Of a stretch of 64,000 nt of DNA, positions 47,691 through 58,002 are shown one piece after another. The stretch is from contig CAVNZM010000001.1 in assembly GCA_963693365.1 (NCBI GenBank), positions 1,114,054 through 1,178,053 of the forward strand, read 5' to 3'. Both the position numbers and the translations under genes were made by a program. Source of the stretch: Amoebidium appalachense (Eukaryota > Protista > Ichthyosporea). The notes beneath the pieces were generated by a model, which worked only from the letters and a program-made list of their open reading frames with translations, ran no database searches and was not told where the DNA came from. Within the stretch, counting starts at the first letter, position 1. Every line of letters begins with the position of its first letter.

Positions 47691-50600
47691 TCTCTCTCTC
47701 CCCCCCCCCCCCCCCCCGTATCTCTCTCTCCCTTGTTTCTGTGAGCACAGATATCTGTAGATCTGTGCACACCTGACTCTCTTGCCTGATAAGAACTTAT
47801 TGTGTTTTTATTTCTGTTTGCTCTCCTCTGTTTATCTGAGAGGTACTAGTAGCGTGATTGGCTTAGCCTAGCCTAGCCTCACTCGTTGTCTTTCCTTTAT
47901 TTCAAAATGGCCTAGTTTTGTTCTCAAAAGGATGGCTCGCCAATAGTCGCGAGCGAGTACATCTGTAGATTGTGTTGTGCATTCCTGTCTATTAATATAT
48001 GTGTGTTGTGATTGGACAATAGATATATATGGAATTCGGTTTATTGCAAAGTGTCTTCACTTTGAGAGTGTCGACTATTAGGAAATATATGTATTTAAAT
48101 AAGTTTCTTTATAGAGACGAACATAAATATATATGTGAGTTAATAGTGACTAGATGTATAATTACTTAATTTATTTAAGTAAGAGTTTCTAAACTTTAGT
48201 TTAATCGGAAGTTGGAATGCGTATGCTCTGTCGGAATGTGTTTTTCTATCTTCTGATAGAACCGATTGGTTCTCCCTCTTTAGTTGTGATAAAGTGATAA
48301 GTCGCAAGTACAAAAGGAACCGAGAGCACAATAAAGATTCAGTTGTTGTTTGAAATCTTTCAATGTCTCGTGAACAACTCCGATTGCCCTCTCATTAATG
48401 TGTTAGTCGTGTTTTACATGACACCTCTGTGCACTCTGCTCCCTTAGACCCGTACAAAAACAACAGGTTAAAGGCCCATTTTTCGCACGCTCTCGCAACA
48501 CATACTCTCGCTGCAATCAAAAATATTCAAATTTGAATACCGATCTGATTCCTCTCTCACGCATCATCTGACTGATTGATCACCATGTCGGAGAAACCTG
48601 CGTATCTCAACCTCACCCCCTGGAAAGGGGATGACACCACAGACAAGAAGTCCGGCAAACGTCTCACCTATTATGAGTGGGAACCCGTCATCTTCCGGTA
48701 CCTACGTACCACCACCGCGGCCAAGTTAGTGCCCGTCATCAAGGCCCCCGAGTGGGTCGACCCTTCCGACGAGAATGAGTGGCACGGCTATGACACAGAG
48801 GAGGCCTACACCGAGGCTTCCAACTTCCTTGAACAGATGTTTACTCAACTCGTCTCCAATGACGAGCTGTATAACTCTGGTCAAATCCACGATGATGTGT
48901 CACCTGCCCAAGCTTTCCACAACCTCCGTATGACCTATGCGGCTGAACGTGAAGATCGTGCTCGTCAAATCCTCCTCGACTACCATGAGCTTGAACTCAA
49001 GGACTTCAAGACCGTCATGGCCTACCTCACCATGGCACGCCGTCTGTGCACTACCCTGCACATCCTCGAAGAGCCCATTCCTCACAAGACCATGGTTGAT
49101 AACTTCTCCATCCACCTCAAGAAGAACCGTAAGTTAGTTTGTACCGACATCCAGGCCATGATTGCCGACTACTTCCGTCGTACCATTAACTACGAGACCT
49201 ACAACCGTCTAATCAGTGACATCCGAGCTGCAGAGATCCGTGAAGGTCTCATCGACTCTGGGTCCGGGTCCTCCTCCACCGTCCGAACAGCACGTGCCCT
49301 GCAAAGCCGTGTCCTCACCAAGGACGACCTCAGACACCGGATCCCCCGACGTGACAGCTCCGTCTCCCGTCACCCCCGCGGTCGTCCCACCGATCGATCT
49401 CCCTCAGTTGAGACGTGACAGCTCCGTCTCCCGTCACCCCCGCGGTCGTCCCACCGATCGATCTCCCTCAGTTGACCGTGATTACTCACGGTCCCGTTCC
49501 CCCGGCTATCGTTCCCGGTCACCCTACCCCCCACGTAAAGGGGGTAACCGTCATTCCCAGCCAACCCGAGCCAAGACCACTGGCTCCCTCGACTGTGCCT
49601 ACTGTCACGAAGACCATCATGTCACACATTGTGACAAACCTGGCTGCTCAATTGCCCGTCGTCACCGCGCCAGCACCAAGTCTGGAAAAGAGGTGCATTT
49701 TGCCCTCGTGTCCACCACGGCCTCCCTACCCATGGACCCCTGCTGGGACTCGGCTTCCAACGTGCACGTGTGCCCAGTAAAGGAGTACTTCTCTACTCTT
49801 GAGCCATGCCCCCCAACTGACGTCCACGGCCTCGGCATCGTCACTGCACATCACCGTGGTGTCATCAACCTGGCCGTCACCTACAACGGAGTAACATCAG
49901 TACTGAGCCTCAACACCCTCTACGTACCCGACTCCCCAGCCTTCCTGATTTCACCCTCAATGGCCTCCAAGTCGGGTCTCCTTGCCCACCTCGATGATGA
50001 GGATGCATTCCCATCATACCTCTACACTCGTGGTGGCAACATCGTGTGTTCCCTCACAGGCACAGATGGACTGTACTTCATCACTGACTATGAGATACGT
50101 CCCTCCATCCCTCGGACCGTCACTGCTCTAGTAGCCAACGTCAAGGTCAACAATGATCCTCAGCTCTGGCACCACCGTCTCGGCCATCGTGCCCTGTCCA
50201 CCCTCACCAAGATGGTGAGAGGTGACCTCGTGACAGGCCTCCCCTCATCCCTCTCAGTGGCTGACACCACTGACTGCTTCGGTTGTGTCTCCGGCAAGAC
50301 CACCAAGGCCCCATTCTCCGGCACCAGAACCCAGTGCCCCTTCCCCGGTGCCAAGTGGCACATGGACTTCTTCGAGCCTCCCTGTGCCTCCTATGGTGGC
50401 TACAAGGTGGCCCTCGTGTGTACCTGTGATGCCTCCGGCTACACCATCGTGTACCTCCTCCGTGATCGATCCGAAACTCTCGAATACGTCAAGGCCCTGG
50501 TTGAGACTACTGACAAGCAACCCGACAAGGTGGTGACCCACTTCCGTTCAGACTCTGGGTCCGAGTTCACCTCCCACGCTATGGAGCAGTACTGCCAGTC

Positions 50601-53600
50601 CAAGGGCATCATTCAGGAATTTGCCCCGGTTGACTGCCCCCAACTCAACGGCTTCGTTGAACGTAAGATGAGGGATCTGCAGGAGATCGTTCGGTGCTTC
50701 CTTCATCAGGACAAGGCCGACTCCCTTTCCCCCAAGCTGTGGGGAGCTGCTCTCAAGCATGCTGCCTACATCATCAACGTGACCCCGGCCTGTTAAATTG
50801 TATAAGTATTTGGGATGTAAGCAGAGACACAGTGGTGCAGAGTGAAAACACCACAGACACACACAACAACAAAACACGGAGCGATCGGAGAAGTGTACAC
50901 AACAGACATCAATGTTTAGACACGACTGAACTCAATTTATTTTGATCGCTAATAAATACCTGAAATTCCCTTAAGTTAAATCCATACATGATTTCCGACC
51001 AGTCGGAAATCAGATCTATGTCTAAAATAACCAATCACAATTAACTGATTATTTCCCGGATAGATCCGGAGGCACAGGAACGCACACCATAGGTCACAGC
51101 TATAAGAAAGAAAAGAGGTGAAGAGTAACGAGGAAAGAGGTGATGTTTCTAACCTATCATCGGCTACAAAGACTCAGACATTTTCTGACTAAGTCCACTG
51201 ATTGGATATAGTACGGCAACACACAAAACAAAAGTGTTTGACTAAGCTATGAATCATACCTGACAAGCTAAAGTGTAGCCTAAGTGTTTTTCTACCAATC
51301 AAAACATAACGAGTAATATAAATCTACTCAACGTATATTAGTGAGAGAGAAATATAATTATGTGAAAGGAAACAAGAGAAGAAAGAAAGAGAAAAGAAAG
51401 AAGAAGAAAGAGGAAAAAGAAAAGAAAGCAGGACAGAAAACACGAACAGCAAAACACAGTTATAACCGAAGATATTCATGTACACATAACATGTACATGT
51501 TTCTCCCTTACTGGGTAGACTCGTGTACCTATAATCAGTTGCTGTAATCGATATCTAAACACACGAATATAGCCGACACAACACGATTACAAGTACTCAA
51601 ATACACTGGAGATCGATCTCATAATTTACGTACAAGGAGCACATCTCTTTCACTAAGTGAATGAATGAAAACATAACACGAACTGAGAAGATCTTACAAT
51701 ATGTAAATACCACGTATTATAACACGGCCAGAGCTGCCAATGGCCGTACACCGTTTGAAATTTTCTACGGTGTCAAGCCTGACATCTCCCACCTGCACGT
51801 GTTCGGCTGCCCAGCCTATGTACACGTCCCTGCATCCAAACGAGACAAGTTGGCCTCTACCGTCAAACTCGGCACCTACGTGGGCTGGGATATCACCAAC
51901 AAAGCCCACAAGATCATGAATCTACGTGGCAACACGGTCAACCTCTACCGCGATGTCGTCTTCGACGAATCACAATTCACCACGGCATCCAATCAGATTT
52001 CTGTGCAGGCCACCAATCAGACGACCTCAATCGATTCATCCCTGCATTCCGGAAATTCCAATTCCGATGACGATGAAATTCCGTCGGTGATTATCCGTCG
52101 TTCCCCCCGTCGTGTACCTGCCCCCGTGGCTCCACCCACCCCCCCCCCCCCCACCGGTCAGCAACCCCTGCTGCCGGCCCCTGCCGTCAATGACCACGTA
52201 CCTGGTCATCTCACCCCGGTTCGTCCTGGGTCTCCGGAGTTCCACTCGGCCCCGTCCAGCCCCGTGTTATCCGACTCCCCCCTCAACACGGCACCCATCC
52301 CTGGCTTCCAGGCCCCCATCCCCGACCACCGAGTGTCTGTCCCAGACACCCCCCCCGGCCCCTGAGCCCCTCCGTACCGTCCCCCGTCGTTCCTCCCGTC
52401 TCTCCTCCCGGCCTGCCATGGCAATGGTGAGCATCTCCCGACCCAGCCTTGATGTGTCTCAGCTGCCCCGGTCAATTCAGAAGCTGTGCTCCGGCACCAA
52501 GGGTGATGAAGTGGTGACTGCCCTCACTGCCGAGTACAAGGCTTTCATCGACAAGGACATCTTCGACGTAGTTGAGCCCCCCTCCGATGCCAACATCATC
52601 CGATTCAAGTGGATTGTCACGGAGAAGGTCCTCAACTCTGCTGGTGACACCAAGATCAAGGGTCGTGGTGTGGCAAAGGGTTTCACCCAAGTCTACGGTG
52701 TTGACTACGGTGAAAACTCTTCCCCCGTCGTCATGTCCTCCTCCGTCCGTGCCCTGCTTGCCCTCGGTGTGCAACAGGACCACGAGATCCATCAACTCGA
52801 CATCAGCACGGCCTTCCTCAACAGCCCCCTCGACGAGACTTTGTACATGGAGCAACCTCCTGGTTTTATCCTCCCCGGCAATGAACACAAAGTCTGGAAA
52901 CTCAAGAAGGCCATCTACGGACTCAAGCAGGCATCCCTGGCATGGTACGAGTTCTTCAACTCCATTCTCATTGCCCATGGCCTCACCCGTCTCCGTTCCG
53001 ATCCGTGTGTCTACTTCCGTCAGTTCCCCAACGGGCACATCATCCGTTCGGGCAACTACGTTGATGATGCCATCATCACCTGCACACGGCACTCCACCAT
53101 CATGCAGGGGCTTGTTCGTCACATCACGAAGTCTGCCGAGTGCAAGGTCGGTCTGCCAGACATCTTCCTCGGCACCCAACTGCTGTACACCCGTGACTCC
53201 CTCAAGCTGCTGCAGTCCTCCTACATCAAGGACATCATCACCGACTTCAACCTGGTCGATGCCAAGCCTAAGGCAACCCCTATTCCCGTGGGCACCATCA
53301 TCAACGAGACCTCCCTCTCATCCCTGCCCACCACCGTCCCCTACCGTGAACTCCTCGGCCGTCTGCTGTGGGTTGCTCGGTGCTCCCGGCCTGACATCTC
53401 GTATGCCATTAGCTACCTCGGCCGATTCAGCTCCAAGCCCACCAAGACTGCCTGGGAGCTTCTCCTCCGTGTCGTTCGTTACCTGCTCGGCACCATCAAC
53501 CTCGGCCTCTACTACAAGAAGAAGGCCCCCAACAGCAAGGTGCCCATCCTTGAGTGCTACTCGGATTCTGACTTTGCTGGTTGCCCCACCACCCGTCGTT

Positions 53601-54731
53601 CCACGTCTGGGTACGTCATCCTCCTCGAAGGCTCCCCCGTCACCTACCACTCCAAGCTGCAGACGATCACTGCAACTTCCACCTGTGAGGCCGAGCTCCT
53701 GGCCCTCAATGCTGCCGTGCAAGATGTTGTCTGGCACCGTGATCTACTAAAGGAGCTGGGCAACCCCATGACCGAGCCCACCCCAGTGTACTGTGACAAT
53801 CAGTCCACCATTGCTCTGGTCCACTCCAACACCATCAAGCACCGGACCAAGCACATTGCCGTTCGTTACTTCAACACCAAGGACTACATCAACAGTGGGG
53901 ACGTCACTGTCACCTACGTCGACACCAAGAAGAACCTGGCCGACATCTTCACCAAGCCTCTGGCTGGTCCGGCCCACGACACACACCGTGCCAACCTCAG
54001 TCTCCGTGACTGACCCGTGCACTGGTGTTCATCATCAAGTGGTTTCTGAGTAGGTTGGGGCCCTGGACAGCAGTTGACACACCTACGGTGATCAAGATGC
54101 CTCCCAACGAAAGTCTACTACTCCTCCTCGTTTCTCTTCATCAGTGGGGACTCAGTCTTACATCGTCATATGTGTGCATCTTCAGTGGGCATTATTCTCC
54201 ACCATCCGTCGTTTACTTATATTCATATCCCACCATATATATTGGTTTTCTTCTATATTCGACTTTATATATATGTCGAACTGGGATGGCGGCACGATGG
54301 GTGACGTGACTCGGGCCAGGGAGGGGCTTGGTGAGGATGTCGGCCAAGTTGTGAGCTGACTCGACGTAATGGACAACAACATCCCCACTGGCAATGTAGT
54401 CTTTGGGGGGGGGGGGGGGAAGGGGGGAAGGGGGTGGGGAGAGGGGGGGGGGGAAGGGGGGGGGAAGGGGGGGGGGGGGGGGAGAGGGGAAAAAAAAAAA
54501 AAACCCTGAGTTCAACCTCCTCATCGAAGACTACCACCTCGGTGATAAGATGTTCCCCGACTTCGAGTCCCTGCACAACCACATCAAGGGCATCGAGTTA
54601 CGTCAAGACCTCAAGATGCAACTCCGGAACAACCGTGCCTGTTGGAATACGTCACCATGTATGACAGCAAGAGCCTTGAAGTATGTATGTGTCTTAGCTT
54701 GTTTGTATTCGTGTCTGCTTTCCTTCTTTGT

Positions 54732-54820
<89 letters not shown>

Positions 54821-56039
54821 CCCCCCCCCCCCCCCCCGTATCTCTCTCTCCCTTGTTTCCGTGAGCACAGATATCTGTAGATCTGTGCACACCTGGCTCT
54901 CTTGCCTGATAAGAACTTATTGTATTTTATTTCTGTTTGCTCTCCTCTGTTTATCTGAGAGGTAGCGTGATTGGCTAGCCACACTCGTTGTCTTTCCTTT
55001 ATTTCAAAATGGCTTAGTTTTGTTCTCAAAAGGATGGCTCGCCAATAGTCGCGAGCGAGTACATCTGTAGATCGTGTTGTGCATTCCTGTCTATTAATAT
55101 ATGTGTGTTGTGATTGGACAATAGATATATATGGAATTCGGTTTGTTGCAAAGTGTCTTCACTTTGAGAGTGTCGACTATTAGGAAATATATGTATTTAA
55201 ATAAGTTTCTTCATAGAGACGAACATAAATATATATGTGAGTTAATAGTGACTAGATGTATAATTACTTAATTTATTTAAGTAAGAGTTTCTAAACTTTA
55301 GTTTAATCGGAAGTTGGAATGCGTATGCTCTGTCGAATGTATTTTTCTATCTTCTGATAGAACCGATTGGTTCTCCCTCTTTAGTTGTGATAAAGTGATA
55401 AGTCGCAAGTACAAAATGAACCGAGAGCACAATAAAGATTCAGTTGTTGTTTGAAATCTTTCAATGTCTCGTGAACAACTCCGATTGCCCTCTCATTAAT
55501 GTGTTAGTCGTGTTTTACATGACACCTCTGTGCACTCTGCTCCCTTAGACCCGTACAAAAACAACAATGCGTGTTAGAGCTGTGACCTTGACTATGTCAA
55601 ATACATATAATAATGTTCTCATAACTACACTTCATATTCCCCACTAACCCCCCCCCCCCCCCCCTAGAACGTCAAAAGCTGGGACAAGATCTCCAAGGCC
55701 CGTGCCGATGCGGTGAAAGATCTGGACCTGGCGGATGACTACAAGGCCAACAAGAACGCCAAGCAGCAGGACGCTGCAAAGGAGAGGGGCCCCAAGTCTG
55801 TCAAGCGGACTAGGGAAGACGTCGACGACAGCAGCGAGGCCCAGGGCGGTGGCCTAAGCAAGAAGGGCAAGAGTACGGTTGGGTCGCCGGTAGCCCCGGC
55901 CCCGGCTCCCAACCAGCAAGGTGATGAAGAGGGTGGTGAGGAGGAAAATGGGTGGGTTGAGGAGGGGGATGGCGTGAAGGGCAATGAGAAGGTGGAGGAG
56001 GAATTGGATGAAGAAAATGGGGAAGGGGGGCAAACTTGA
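24386..56039 (+). CDS. Transposon-borne JmjC (KDM4/JMJD2-like) histone demethylase fused to an unknown C-terminal domain; 8 exons, about 930 aa, disrupted by two exonic Copia insertions
   Basis: Exons about 24386-24655 (uncertain, one frameshift near 24440), 24819-25587+32853-33049, 33413-33626, 35290-35518, 36006-36335, 36747-36989, 37505-37634+47277-47320, 55668-56039. All GT-AG and phase-consistent after removing TSD-bounded inserts. JmjC motifs FAGHVED, GYKVWF, CENPLQHK, VVQGPGDLI, HYGFQCGPNVSFAVN, W...CSC. Confidence 0.85.
24819..25587 (+). CDS. JmjC domain, N-terminal part (exon 2a)
   Basis: HxE metal ligands at 25346-25354. Aligns by eye with KDM4A FAWHTED...GEPKSWY...CEAFLRHK...VTQEAGEFMIT. 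Confidence 0.88.
25588..32847 (-). mobile_element. Copia family A element (copy A1) inserted in the JmjC exon
   Basis: 5' LTR 31922-32847, PBS GGTTATGCAGCCC, PPT AAGTGGGGA before 27025, 3' LTR region 25588-27025 (rearranged), TSD CAAAC at 25583-25587 and 32848-32852. Confidence 0.95.
27452..31859 (-). pseudogene. Copia gag-pol (Gag CCHC, protease, GAG-pre-integrase, integrase, RT, RNase H) with frameshifts
   Basis: CSYCHEPDHTIIDC, WDSGC, WHHRLGH, HWDFF...FDSGSEF...NGYVER, KARGVAQGFSQ, QLDVSTAFLN, YVDD, RPDIAY, ADILTK; order PR-IN-RT-RH. Confidence 0.93.
32853..33049 (+). CDS. JmjC domain, C-terminal part (exon 2b)
   Basis: Continues in frame across the TSD: TTPLALHYGFQCGPNVSFAVNTATKKWLNRLGEYEACSC. 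Distal His codon at 32869. Confidence 0.88.
33632..33850. repeat. Intronic tandem repeat, about 73 bp x 3
   Basis: TTTGTTATGTGAATCATGTTGTTG recurs at about 33640, 33714 and 33787. Confidence 0.85.
34310..35242 (-). mobile_element. Solo LTR (Copia A, LTR subtype 2) in a JmjC gene intron
   Basis: TGTT...AACA termini, 933 bp, TSD ATTTC on both sides, near-identical to 50791-51724. Confidence 0.93.
38387..38535 (+). repeat. Minisatellite (18-21 bp unit, CTCTCCTATCCTTTTCC..) at the 5' end of the LINE
   Basis: About 7-8 tandem copies, translating as LSYPFP repeats. Confidence 0.85.
38387..41087 (+). CDS. Non-LTR reverse transcriptase (RT ORF to 40504, C-terminal Cys/His domain in a shifted frame 40518-41087)
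   Basis: GPDG, FRPITL, QSAFR, FIDWKTAYDSV, GLLQGSLLSPFLF, LYADD, KCGVL, YKYLGV; C-terminal WR...CP...H...C...C. No endonuclease recognisable in this copy. Confidence 0.88.
41669..45906 (+). pseudogene. Copia A gag-pol with an in-frame integrase deletion and a poly-C frameshift
   Basis: Same protein as copy A1, but GGSK is joined to DTRAF (57 aa missing); RT-RH in ORF 44008-45906. Confidence 0.93.
48585..54013 (+). pseudogene. Copia B gag-pol, disrupted
   Basis: CAYCHEDHHVTHC, WDSAS, WHHRLGH, HMDFF...SDSGSEF...NGFVER, YVDD, ADIFTK. Broken by a 64-bp tandem duplication (49348-49475), a solo LTR and a poly-C frameshift. Confidence 0.92.
50791..51724 (-). mobile_element. Solo LTR (Copia A, subtype 2) inside the Copia B integrase
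   Basis: 934 bp with TSD CGGCC; integrase frame INVTPA/RAANGRTP resumes after it. Confidence 0.93.
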
Positions 56040-57152
56040 AGCGTGAGAGATCTGAGAGTGAGGAGGAGAGCGAGGATGAGGAAGGAGGGAGGAGTCGAAA
56101 GCGGGAGAGGAAGGATAGTGAGAATGAGGGTGGGGAGGAAGAAGGAGAAGAGGGTGGGGAGGAGGAAGTCGAGACTTAGAAATTTGTTGTATTGCAGTCT
56201 CGCTCCTGTGGAACGAGACAAAAAAGTACATCGACTCTGCTCCTGTGGAGCGAGACGCAAAGAAACGTCTTTATGTGCTCTTCTTACCGTCTATTGTCAT
56301 ATTCAAGTTGTATGTGTCCTTACAGTGATTTTATGACGTTTGATGTATGATATCATTATCATACATGGAACATGCCATTATGCATGTAAGGATGGTTTTA
56401 TGACGCACCAAAAAGCACATTGTGCATGTGCATAGCACACCGTTACAACATATGCAAGTGCACATTACGACGTCAAATGTATTAATATGCGTCATCTACA
56501 TTATATGTCGTAATGTCCTCCTATGCATCTGTTTACAACATCGTAATGTAGTCTGTAGTAGGATGCAAATCACATCTTATGATAGGTCATGGGATAGCAC
56601 AAACCCACCCATGGTATATCCACTGGTTGTGTTTCGGATGTCGGAAAGAGCGCCGGAACGATTGGATTTCGATCTATTTTTATAATCAACTGGATGGGTT
56701 TGCAGTGCTCCAATTGCATTGCTTTACAACATACAATAGACATACATGTGATAGTCATAGGTATTTGATCAAGAGAGTATTAATACCATACATTCGATAC
56801 GTTTACAATGCTCCGTTATATGGCTTTACATCAGACCATAGACATGCATAAGATCGTCCACAGGGTGGCGTTCTGATCCTCCCGTCGACGGTGTTACGAC
56901 TGTCTGAATGCTCCCTGGCCGCCGTCATATACCCACCGACTAGACGTCGTATGTTGAATCTATTGCACGTCCATTGCACGTCGGTAAGATGGCTACATTG
57001 CACATCCATTGAACAAGCACTCGCGGGGGTCTATGTACGTCCATTGGTGCATCGGGTGTCGGACCGAGCATATTACGACACATCCATTGGACATCGGGGA
57101 GCAATGATATGTATTTGGGGTTAGTTTTGGAGGGGTTGAGGGGTTTCCGATG

Positions 57153-58002
57153 TCGTCGGGTAGTTTACGACAGCTTTTGGATGCCGCAACAAGATTGCTG
57201 ATGAAGGCATGACAGAAGCTCTCGACAGAAGCTCTGGTCAAGATGAGTCAGATCTTGTCAAGGGGAGTGACGGAGGACCGGTTACGGCCGGTCGCGGGAG
57301 GAGCCGAGAGGCTAGGTGACGGCGGGAAGTGCCAGAGACGGAATGTGCAGAAAAGCACAAACGGGTTTAGGGGACGCCAGGGAGAGATGTACACGGCCTC
57401 AGCACCAAGAGGAAGGGGGGCGGCGTCAATTCACGAATCATTCAATAGGCACTCAACGTTAACACGCAAGTGACCATTAGATGAGGTGCATGAGGAGCTG
57501 ACCACAGCTATGATGTGTACCAGGAATTTAACGATTGCTAGGTCTAGATGTGTTGCGAGAGGGTGCGAAAATGGGCCTTTAACCTGTTGTTTTGTACGGG
57601 TCTAAGGGAGCAGAGTGCACAGAGGTGTCATGTAAAACACGACTAACACATTAATGAGAGGGCAATCGGAGTTGTTCACGAGACATTGAAAGATTCTTGA
57701 AAGATTCAAACAACAACTGATTCTTTATTGTGCTCTCGGTTCCTTTTGTACTTGCGACTTATCATCTTATCACAACTATAGAGGGAGAACCAATCGGTTC
57801 TATCAGAAGATACAAAAACACATTCCGACAGAGCATACGCATTCCAACTTCCGATTAAACTAAAGTTTAGAAACTCTTACTTAAATAAATTAAGTAATTA
57901 TACATCTAGTCACTATTAACTCACATATATATTTATGTTCGTCTCTATAAAGAAACTTATTTAAATACATATATTTCCTAATAGTCGACACTCTCAAAGT
58001 GA
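57153..58002 (-). mobile_element. 5' internal region and truncated 5' LTR (family B) of the host LTR element
   Basis: LTR-B 3' half at 57585-58002, followed on the minus strand by PBS GGTTAAAGGCCCATTTTCGCAC as at 48466. Confidence 0.85.

Larger units (their letters stand above)
47558..55566 (+). mobile_element. Copia family B element in the last intron of the JmjC gene
   Basis: LTRs 47558-48465 and 54640-55566, PBS GGTTAAAGGCCCA at 48466, TSD ATGCG at 47553-47557 and 55567-55571. Confidence 0.93.
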
